The notes under the pieces were generated by a model. The model was not told where the DNA came from. It did no database searches and saw only the letters and a list, made by a program, of their open reading frames with translations. The translations under genes were made by a program, and so were the position numbers. Below, piece by piece: positions 19,144-26,911 of a stretch of DNA of 32,000 bases (positions within the stretch are counted from its first letter, which is position 1; every line of letters begins with the position of its first letter). This stretch comes from Aquifex aeolicus VF5 (GTDB lineage Bacteria > Aquificota > Aquificia > Aquificales > Aquificaceae), in the NCBI RefSeq assembly GCF_000008625.1, contig NC_000918.1:1500001-1532000 (forward strand), read 5' to 3'.

Positions 19144-20756
19144 AAGGTGTTAAAGGAAGAAGGTGGGTACTCCTCTACAGAGAAAAAGAACCGCCTAGTT
19201 TTCTAGTTGAAAAGTACGGAAGAATTCTAGCCCAGCTTATCACAAACAGGGGATATGAGAGGGAAGCGGATAAATTTTTAAACCCGAAACTATCACACAT
19301 TCCCACATACAGGGAACTTGAAGGTATAGAGGAGGCTATAGAGAGAATAAAAGAAGCGGTATTGAAGAAGAAAAGAATAATAATATACGGGGACTACGAC
19401 GTTGACGGAATAACGGGAACGGCAATCCTCTACAGAGTTTTGAAACTCCTCGGTGCAAAAGTTTATCCCGTTCTACCGAACAGACAAACGGGATACGGTC
19501 TCAACAAAGAATTAATGTCCATATTTGAGAAGTACGGAGATTTTCTCATAACCGTTGATAACGGCACTTCCGCAGTTGAGGAAATAGACCAGTCAAGTTT
19601 AGAAACCGTGGTAATAGACCACCACAACGTTCCGCCCAGAATTCCAAAGAAAGCCCTGATAGTTAATCCGAAAGTCGGGGCAAAAAGGGAAGGCTTAAAG
19701 GCTCTATCTTCCTCAGCTTTGAGTTTTTACCTCGGCAGTGCCTTGATAAGGGAATTTAACTTAGACGAAGATCCCAGAAACTTTTTAGATCTGGTTGCCC
19801 TAGGACTCCTTGCGGATTACATGCCCGTAAATCCAGTCACCCGCACACTCGCCGTTAAGGGAATGTACTTGCTAGAGAAAATAGCTCAAGGCAAGGTAAG
19901 AAAACCGGGGGTGAAGGCACTTTTAGAGATTTCTTCGGTAAACGGTAACGTCACTTCAAGGGACGTATACTTTTCCTTAGCTCCGAGGATAAACGCTGCG
20001 GGTAGGATTTCAAAGCCGAAGTTTGCCCTTGATCTCCTCCTTGAAGAAGACGAGAGGAGGGCAAGGGAACTTGCGTTAAAACTCGAGGAAATCAACAGAA
20101 GAAGAAAGGCTATAACAAACCTGACTTACAAGGAAGCGAAAAAGAAGGCTATTGAGGAAATTGATAAAAACTTCTTGGTAGTCTGGGACGAGGAGTGGCA
20201 TCCAGGAATTCTCGGTATAGTTGCTGGAAGACTTGCGGGAGAATTTAACAAACCCGTCGCCGTGTTTTCTAAAGGAAAGACGAAAGCGGTAGGCTCTATA
20301 AGGAGCATAGAGAGTATTGACGTTTATGACAAGGTAAGCACTATGCGTGATATGTTCCTCAAATGGGGCGGACACGACAAGGCTATGGGACTCACGCTCC
20401 CTTCAAATAGACTTGAGGAGTTCAGAGAAAAGGTAAACCAGATATTCGAAAAAGTTAAAGAGAGTGAAGTGATAATTCCGGTTGATATGGAAATAGATCC
20501 GAGAGAATTCGGAGAAGAAGATTTAAGAACCATTAAATCCCTCGAACCTTTCGGAGAGGGAAATCCCCATCCCACGTTTATGACCACGGTAAAAGATGTA
20601 AAGCTCGGAGAAGGCTACAAGGTTTCTATAAACAGTGTAGAGATGGAGTGCTGGGATACGGAACTTCTTAAACACTTAAAAATCGGCAAAAAAATACTTT
20701 ACAGACTTGACGGCGGGAAGTTTATCTTAGAGGATGTAGAAAATGGCTTCGTATAA
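19140..20756 (+). CDS. recJ: Single-stranded-DNA-specific exonuclease RecJ
   Basis: DHH family motifs GDYDVDGITG, VIDHHN and GGHDKAMG. 538 aa. Confidence 0.9.
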   Translation: MKGVKGRRWVLLYREKEPPSFLVEKYGRILAQLITNRGYEREADKFLNPKLSHIPTYRELEGIEEAIERIKEAVLKKKRIIIYGDYDVDGITGTAILYRVLKLLGAKVYPVLPNRQTGYGLNKELMSIFEKYGDFLITVDNGTSAVEEIDQSSLETVVIDHHNVPPRIPKKALIVNPKVGAKREGLKALSSSALSFYLGSALIREFNLDEDPRNFLDLVALGLLADYMPVNPVTRTLAVKGMYLLEKIAQGKVRKPGVKALLEISSVNGNVTSRDVYFSLAPRINAAGRISKPKFALDLLLEEDERRARELALKLEEINRRRKAITNLTYKEAKKKAIEEIDKNFLVVWDEEWHPGILGIVAGRLAGEFNKPVAVFSKGKTKAVGSIRSIESIDVYDKVSTMRDMFLKWGGHDKAMGLTLPSNRLEEFREKVNQIFEKVKESEVIIPVDMEIDPREFGEEDLRTIKSLEPFGEGNPHPTFMTTVKDVKLGEGYKVSINSVEMECWDTELLKHLKIGKKILYRLDGGKFILEDVENGFV

Positions 20757-21225
20757 AGGGCATGAGTTATTTAACGTTCTCGCTTTAGGTCCTCTAATTT
20801 TGTTAGTTCCTCAGGATTACAGAATCCCTTTCGGAATTGGATACCTTCTCGGAACTTTCTTCCTATCTCCCGATTTAGACCTGCATTTTTCCAAACCGTC
20901 TCAGAGGTGGAAGTTCTTAAAATTTCTGTGGTTTCCCTTCTGGGTGTTTTCAAGACACAGAGGCATAACCCACGTTCCCTTTTTAGGAACTCTCGTGAAA
21001 TTGTTTTACTTGATATTCATATTCTTCTTTCTTTACTTTGCAGTTTTAGGAGTTTTAAGTATTTTAGGCTTTGCCCCAAAAGAGCTTCTATCCTTTGATC
21101 CCTTCGCTTTTATAAATGAATTCTTAAAAAGCGAAAAGGGGTTTTTCTTCATTCTCGGCTTAATAGTAGCGGATTTACTTCACATAGTTTTAGACATAGT
21201 TTCATCCTTCATCAAGAGGTTTTAA
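20743..21225 (+). CDS. Membrane protein, putative metal-binding (DUF2227/YdjM-like by recollection)
   Basis: 160 aa with a His/Asp-containing N-terminal half ([20 protein letters not shown]) and hydrophobic helices. The family assignment is unverified. Confidence 0.5.
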
Positions 21226-22740
21226 GTTCTTCGTACTTCGTTTAATGAATTCTATAGCTTCTTCTTTCGTCTCTACTTTTCCGTCTATTTGGGCCTCAAG
21301 GAGTGCTTTCTTTAAAATACCTACTATCTTTCCGGGCTTAATCCCTAAAATTTCCATGATTTCATCGCCGTTCAGGAGGGGTTTCTGAATTTCTTCCTTC
21401 ATCTCGTTTCTGTTAAAGCTTTCAAGTTCCGCTATCGTCTCCATAAGAGCCTTTATGTCCTCCTCTTCATCCCCGCTTGCCATAGCGTCTGCAATAGAGA
21501 GGAGGAAAAGGTGTGGAGCTATATCACCGCATTCCCTCCAGAAGTTGGCCATTCCCCTCCTCTTGAGCTCTCCTTTCTTGAAAGCTTCCCTCAAGAAAAA
21601 GGGTCTTAAGTGATGTCTTACGAGTTTTGCAACAAACTCCGTCGCTTCGTCTCCCCACCTTAACCTCTCGCCTATCTCTCTTACTATTTGTGCCCCTACT
21701 TTATCATGTTCGTAAAAGGTTACCTTTCCCTCCCTTACAGCAAAAGTTTGAGGTTTTCCTATATCGTGAAAAAGTGCTCCCCACTTGAGGAGTTCAACAT
21801 CGGTAAACTCTCCCAGAACTCTCTTTTTTCCAAAGTTTTCAAGAAGTTCCGCACTCAGGTACTTTGCACGATCCTCTATTACTTGTTCCAAGTACTCTAA
21901 AGTCTTTAGGGTATGTTCATCAAGCGGGTATATGTGGTGCTCTCCCTGATCCTTTACCTCCCTTAACCTGCCTATCTCAGGAATTATTGCCTCGAGAACG
22001 CCGTACTCGTAGAGTTCCCTTATAACCTTGTGTGCGGTTTTTTCCTTCATTATCTTGAAAAGTTCATGGGTTATTCTCTCAACCGCGGACTTTAAAACTA
22101 TTCTCGGATCTTCCTTTACGAATTCATAAAAGTCTTCCGTGAGCTGTAAATTTTTCTCAATCGCTATCCTGAAGCCTCTCAAAACCCGAACGGGGTCTCT
22201 CTTTAGGTTTTCTATGGACACGGGTCTGAGAAGCCCTTGCTCCAGATCTTTTATCCCACCCGTAGGGTCGTACACTATAGTTTGTTTTGCACCTATACTC
22301 AGAACGTCGTCGAGGTTAACAGCTATCGCGTTTGCGGTAAAGTCCCTCTCCTTTAAATCCTCTATGAGCGCCTTTTCAAGGTCTTTTCCCTTCAGCGGGG
22401 AAAAGTCAAACCTGTACCTGTAGGGAGGAAGGTGAAGAACAACGCTTGCTATCGTGGGTCTCTTTATTAAGAATCCCCTTTTCTCAAATACGAAAAAGTG
22501 TCCTCCAATTCTTTTTGCAAAATTCTTAGCGAGTTCCACGGGGTCTGCAGTTGTTAAAAAGTCAACGTCTATGTTGTAACCCACGGGTTCTCCCAATATC
22601 CTGTCTCTTACCCATCCGCCGACTATAAAGCAGTAATGTTCTCTTGGAAGGACTTTTGCGACGTCGTCGAAGTAAGAAAGGTAAAAGTTCAATCCGTGAA
22701 GTGTGTGTTTTCCCGAGGAAACTATCTCGATGTTTTCCAT
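21202..22740 (-). CDS. Class II tRNA nucleotidyltransferase (CCA/CC-adding family) with C-terminal HD domain
   Basis: [10 protein letters not shown], the DVDF catalytic carboxylates, [20 protein letters not shown] (motif D position) and HD motif FHDIGK. Confidence 0.9.
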
Positions 22741-22748
22741 GTCTTTAA

Positions 22749-22754
22749 AATATA
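22749..22754 (-). promoter_or_regulatory. Candidate -10 (TATATT), 8 nt upstream of the nucleotidyltransferase ATG
   Basis: The reverse complement of 22749-22754 is TATATT, followed by ttaaagac and the ATG at 22740. No Shine-Dalgarno. The -35 is poor. Confidence 0.35.
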
Positions 22755-22845
22755 TACGCCCTTTTGTATGATTAAGAGCAAAAGAAGCAATGTGGTGGAA
22801 ATTTTCGCTCTACTTGTCACACTATAGATACAGGTTTCCGAGCGG

Positions 22846-22851
22846 TAAAAT
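22846..22851 (+). promoter_or_regulatory. Candidate -10 (TAAAAT), 7 nt upstream of the HIT gene ATG
   Basis: TAAAAT at 22846-22851, spacer ttttact, ATG at 22859. No Shine-Dalgarno at functional spacing. Confidence 0.4.
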
Positions 22852-22858
22852 TTTTACT

Positions 22859-23365
22859 ATGAAAATCCTTTGGGCTCCTTGGAGAAGGGCTTACGTAGAA
22901 AACGTGGACAAAATAGAAGGCTGTTTCCTCTGTCACGCCCTTTCACAACCGCCAGAAAAGTGGAAGGAGGTGCTATTGGTTTACAAAGGAAAAAATGCAT
23001 TCATAATCCTCAATAAATACCCTTACAACACGGGACACCTCATGATAGTTCCCGTAAAGCATATCGGGAACTATGAAGAAGTGGACGAAGAAACGGCCCT
23101 TGAGATGCACAAACTCCTTCAGGTATCTTTAAAGGCTCTAAAAAAGGAGTACAAGCCCCACGGCTTTAACGTAGGCTACAACTTCGGAAGACCCGCAGGA
23201 GCAGGACTTGAAGAACACATACACCTCCACGTAGTTCCGAGGTGGAACGGAGACACCAACTTCATGCCCGTTTTAGCTCAGACTAAGGTAATCTCAGAAG
23301 ACCTTTACAGTACCTACGACAGAGTAAAGAAAGCGATAGAAGAAGTCTTAAATGAGTCTTCTTGA
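22859..23365 (+). CDS. HIT family nucleotide hydrolase/transferase (Ap4A phosphorylase / GalT-like branch)
   Basis: Histidine triad HIHLHVVPRW. ATG 22859 (MKILWAPWRRAYV) is preferred over the upstream track start at 22790. Confidence 0.85.
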   Translation: MKILWAPWRRAYVENVDKIEGCFLCHALSQPPEKWKEVLLVYKGKNAFIILNKYPYNTGHLMIVPVKHIGNYEEVDEETALEMHKLLQVSLKALKKEYKPHGFNVGYNFGRPAGAGLEEHIHLHVVPRWNGDTNFMPVLAQTKVISEDLYSTYDRVKKAIEEVLNESS

Positions 23366-24107
23366 AGTTAAAAACTTAAACCTCTGGTACAGGGAGAAGC
23401 AGGTTCTCTTTGACGTTTCCTTTGAAGTAAAGATAGGGGAAATCCTGTGCATAGTTGGAGAAAGCGGTTCCGGTAAGAGCTCCATACTCTTTACCATCTT
23501 AAGATTGCTTCCTCCTTACGCCAGAGTGTCGGGTAGCGTAAAGTTTTTAGGAAGGGAACTCTTAAAGCTCTCGGAAAGGGAAATGAAAAGTATTAGAGGA
23601 AAGGAAGTAGGAATGGTGTTCCAGGAACCTTCCCTTTACCTTGACCCTCTCTTTACGGTAGGCTCTCAAATTGAAGAGACTTACCTTTCCCATTTCAAAG
23701 CCGGCAGAAGAGAGGCTTACGAGGCTTGTATAAAAGCCATGAAGAAGGCAGGAATACCCAAACCCGAGGAAAAGTACAGGATGTACCCCCACCAGCTCTC
23801 GGGAGGACTCAAGCAGAGGGTATGTATAGCAAATGCAATCGTGTGTGAGCCAAAACTCGTCCTTGCAGACGAGCCCACCACTGCTCTGGACGTTTCTGTC
23901 CAGAGAAGAATACTCGCCCTTTTCAGGAATATGAAGGAAGAGGGTAAGGCTGTAATACTTATAACCCACGATTTTGGAGTGGTTGCGGAAGTGGGAGACA
24001 GGGTAATAGTCTTAAAAGACGGCAAAGTGGTGGAAGAAGGAGACGTTTTTGAGATTTTTGACAATCCTAAGCACGAATACACAAAAAAACTTCTCTCTGC
24101 GATTTAA
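23352..24107 (+). CDS. ABC transporter ATP-binding protein, DppD/OppD-like
   Basis: Walker A GESGSGKSS, signature LSGGLKQRV, Walker B LVLADEPTTALD and C-terminal NPKHEYTKKLL. No cognate permease or binding protein is adjacent. Confidence 0.85.
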   Translation: MSLLEVKNLNLWYREKQVLFDVSFEVKIGEILCIVGESGSGKSSILFTILRLLPPYARVSGSVKFLGRELLKLSEREMKSIRGKEVGMVFQEPSLYLDPLFTVGSQIEETYLSHFKAGRREAYEACIKAMKKAGIPKPEEKYRMYPHQLSGGLKQRVCIANAIVCEPKLVLADEPTTALDVSVQRRILALFRNMKEEGKAVILITHDFGVVAEVGDRVIVLKDGKVVEEGDVFEIFDNPKHEYTKKLLSAI

Positions 24108-24117
24108 AATAGAAGGA

Positions 24118-24744
24118 ATGATCGTGGAATTATCTCACCCCCTGATAAAGCACAAGGTAAACACAGCAAGAATACAGGACACTTCCGCAGAAAAGCTCAG
24201 GAAAACCTTAAAGGAACTTGGTTTTATGCTTGTATATGAAGCCCTAAAAGACATACTTTTAGAGGAAAAGGAAGTCAGAACGTGGATAGGTAACAAAAGA
24301 TTTAATTACTTGAATGAAGAAGAAATAGTATTCGTTCCCATACTGAGGGCGGGACTTTCCTTTCTGGAGGGAGCACTCCAAGTCGTACCGAACGCAAAGG
24401 TAGGATTTCTAGGAATAAAGAGAAACGAAGAGACTCTTGAATCTCACATATACTACTCAAGACTGCCAGAGCTGAAGGGAAAAATCGTAGTTATACTTGA
24501 CCCCATGCTTGCAACCGGAGGAACGCTGGAAGTGGCGTTAAGGGAAATCCTCAAACACTCACCTCTTAAGGTAAAGAGCGTGCACGCGATAGCCGCCCCG
24601 GAGGGTCTAAAAAGGATAGAAGAAAAGTTTAAAGAAGTGGAAATCTTTGTGGGAAATGTAGATGAAAGATTAAACGACAAGGGATACATAATCCCGGGTC
24701 TGGGAGACATAGGCGACAGGTTATACGCGGTAAGTGTGTATTGA
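24118..24744 (+). CDS. upp: Uracil phosphoribosyltransferase
   Basis: PRPP loop ILDPMLATGGT and PGLGDIGDR. ATG 24118 is preceded by GAAGGA. The track start at 24049 would overlap the ABC gene. Confidence 0.9.
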   Translation: MIVELSHPLIKHKVNTARIQDTSAEKLRKTLKELGFMLVYEALKDILLEEKEVRTWIGNKRFNYLNEEEIVFVPILRAGLSFLEGALQVVPNAKVGFLGIKRNEETLESHIYYSRLPELKGKIVVILDPMLATGGTLEVALREILKHSPLKVKSVHAIAAPEGLKRIEEKFKEVEIFVGNVDERLNDKGYIIPGLGDIGDRLYAVSVY

Positions 24745-25290
24745 TTTCTTTTCTTTGATCATTTTCGCTATTTCCTCATAGTTGTCGTTCAGTCTTCTGT
24801 CTATTTTTTCCACAACTAGCTCCACGTTTTCTGGTATGGATATCCAGAGCTTACCTCTCTTTTCCGGTGCAAAGAGTTTTACACACTTTTTAAGAAACTT
24901 GTAGTAATGTTTCGGGAGTCTGTAAACCGCGTGCTGAACGATATCTGGAGTTTGCCATGGGCACACTTTATAACCTTTCTCTAGTTTTTCAAAGAGTCCT
25001 TTAGTTCCGTGAATTGCCCTGTTTAGAGCCATTAAAAAGGTGGGAACACCCTTGAGAAAAGCGTCCGTGAGTTCCTTATTTTCATGAACCGTTGCGTCGT
25101 ACATAATTACCTTTTTTTCTTCAAGGAGAGCCTTTATAAGGTCTATAGGGACCGCAAACTCGGGAAAGTAGAGAGGCGTCCCGGCAGCGGTGTAAGATGA
25201 TGGAAAGTAAACTATGTAGTCGTAATCGGGATAAACTATTAAGCCGTTTGTCATGTTCGCAACGTGGAGAACCTTTTTATCTTCCTTCAT
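24721..25290 (-). CDS. Hypothetical cytoplasmic protein (189 aa), no recognisable motif
   Basis: Long ORF with host-like codon bias, 6 nt downstream of the permease stop. No Walker A, TM helix or signal peptide. Confidence 0.6.
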   Translation of the reverse strand: MKEDKKVLHVANMTNGLIVYPDYDYIVYFPSSYTAAGTPLYFPEFAVPIDLIKALLEEKKVIMYDATVHENKELTDAFLKGVPTFLMALNRAIHGTKGLFEKLEKGYKVCPWQTPDIVQHAVYRLPKHYYKFLKKCVKLFAPEKRGKLWISIPENVELVVEKIDRRLNDNYEEIAKMIKEKKSIHTYRV

Positions 25291-25296
25291 AAAGAA

Positions 25297-26034
25297 TTAA
25301 GATACACTCTTCTTAAGAGTTGTTAAAAACACCAATATACCCGTTAAGGCGTGGAAGAAAACAAGGGTAAAACCGGTTGGTAGGTCAAGCTTAAATGAAA
25401 TCAATATCCCGAGTGTATTGACGAGAGCACCGTAAACCCATGCAAACAAAAGCCCTTTTCCGAGCAGGTTTGCAACAAGAGCTGGAGCCACAAGAATTGA
25501 GAAAACTATTAAAACACCCACCAGTTTTACGGAAGAAGTAACCGTTATAGAAAACAAGGTAAAAAAAGATACCTCCCTCAGGAGTTCGTTCCTCAAATAC
25601 CTCCTCAGGTAAAGGAGGAAACCTATCGCTGCGTAAAGCATCCCGGAAATCAAAATCTCCTTCTTTGAAACGAAGAGTATGTCACCTGCGGTTAATTGCA
25701 GGAATTCCTCCATACCGTGAGGGGTTTGTGAAAGTATGAGAACAACGGAAGAAAAGCCAAGAGCGTAAAGGAGACCTATGAACGCCTCCGCAAATTCTTT
25801 TTTTACCTGCGAAAGTGCAACCAGCATACCCGCAAAAAGGGAAAAGACAAAAGCCATTAAGTAGGAAGGTTCGTGGAAAATTAAAATGGAAAGGGCAAGC
25901 CCAACCGCTGCAAACTGTGCTACCGCTATGTCTACGAAAATTATGCCTCTCCTCACTATTTCCAATCCGAAACTCGCGTGTATCCCGAGCAGGATAAAAG
26001 AAAAGAGAAGGGCCTGGAAGAATAAATCAACCAC
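25297..26034 (-). CDS. ABC-3 family metal-transport permease (ZnuB/TroD-like)
   Basis: 245-aa polytopic protein. The N-terminal FFQALLFSFILLGIHASFGLEIVRRGIIFVDIAVAQFAAVG pattern is typical of ABC-3 permeases. 8-nt overlap with the upstream binding-protein gene. Confidence 0.8.
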   Translation of the reverse strand: MVDLFFQALLFSFILLGIHASFGLEIVRRGIIFVDIAVAQFAAVGLALSILIFHEPSYLMAFVFSLFAGMLVALSQVKKEFAEAFIGLLYALGFSSVVLILSQTPHGMEEFLQLTAGDILFVSKKEILISGMLYAAIGFLLYLRRYLRNELLREVSFFTLFSITVTSSVKLVGVLIVFSILVAPALVANLLGKGLLFAWVYGALVNTLGILISFKLDLPTGFTLVFFHALTGILVFLTTLKKSVS

Positions 26035-26899
26035 CCTTTAACCTCCTCAGGATTTCGTCAAACAGGGAAAAATTGTCCTTTACTTCAGGCAGGGAGTTTA
26101 CATCGTGGGGGAGTACTAAAACCTTAGCTCCAAGCTCTTTGGCCACGAACTGGGCCGTTCTTCTTTCGTTGTAAACCGCAAGGAGTACGTACTTTATATC
26201 CTTCAAAGAAAGGAGTTTCTGTATGTGGCTCTTTGTGGGAGGTATTCCGGGCAAGGGTTCAAGGGTGGCAACGAGAACAACACCGTACCTTCTAAGCAGG
26301 TAGTTAAAAACAGAGTGATAACTTATTACCCTTGTGCCTCTGAAAGTTGAAAATTCCCTGTCCCACACTTCCAGCTTTTCGTTCCACTTTGCCAGAAACT
26401 CATTTAAATTCTTTCCGTAAAATTCGCAGTTTCCGGGGTCAATTAGACACAGCCTGTCCTTAATAGCCTGGGCCAGAACAGGGATATTGTGAGGGTCAAG
26501 GTTGTAGTGGGGGTTTCCCTCTGGGTGAACATCTCCCATAGCCCGTGAAACTTCCTTCGGTTTTTCTATAAGCTCAATAAACGTAGAAAGGTCTAAAAAT
26601 CCCTTAGTCCCGGGTTGTATCTTGGGGTTGTTCGATTGAGAGAGCAAAGGAGGAAGAAAGCCTATTTCCAGAGAAGCACCCTGAATTATAAGTAAATCCG
26701 CCCTTCTTAGCTTAGCTATATGTGAGGGTTTAGGAACTACGAAGTGAGGGTCCTCTGTTCCCTTTGCTATAATGTAAACCTTTACCTTTTCTTTTCCTAT
26801 CTTGTCAACCAAGTCGCCTATCCACGGATAAGTTACAACTACGTTCAGTTTTGCAAAAGAAAGGGTTATAAAAAAGAGAAAAACAAACAGAGCTCTCAT
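26027..26899 (-). CDS. Periplasmic metal-binding protein, ZnuA/TroA (cluster 9) family
   Basis: Signal peptide MRALFVFLFFITLSFA, then EDPHFVVPKP and GDVHPEGNPHYNLDP His-containing ligand regions. GGGAGGTG Shine-Dalgarno. Confidence 0.8.
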   Translation of the reverse strand: MRALFVFLFFITLSFAKLNVVVTYPWIGDLVDKIGKEKVKVYIIAKGTEDPHFVVPKPSHIAKLRRADLLIIQGASLEIGFLPPLLSQSNNPKIQPGTKGFLDLSTFIELIEKPKEVSRAMGDVHPEGNPHYNLDPHNIPVLAQAIKDRLCLIDPGNCEFYGKNLNEFLAKWNEKLEVWDREFSTFRGTRVISYHSVFNYLLRRYGVVLVATLEPLPGIPPTKSHIQKLLSLKDIKYVLLAVYNERRTAQFVAKELGAKVLVLPHDVNSLPEVKDNFSLFDEILRRLKGG

Positions 26900-26911
26900 C
26901 TTTACACCTCC

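Noticed and set aside
22776-22810. Imperfect hairpin (gagcaaaag...ttttcgctc) in the gap between the nucleotidyltransferase and HIT genes, considered as a small RNA or riboswitch.
   Set aside because: The stem is short, interrupted and AU-rich. The 118-nt gap is adequately explained by two divergent promoters, and no known riboswitch consensus is recognisable.
23352-24107. DppD-like ATPase considered as the missing ATPase of the adjacent ABC-3 metal permease.
   Set aside because: It lies on the opposite strand in a different unit (HIT, ABC ATPase, upp). Its C-terminal NPKHEYTKKLL tail is of the oligopeptide/dipeptide type rather than the ZnuC/TroB type. The idea is kept only as a remote possibility, testable by interaction studies.
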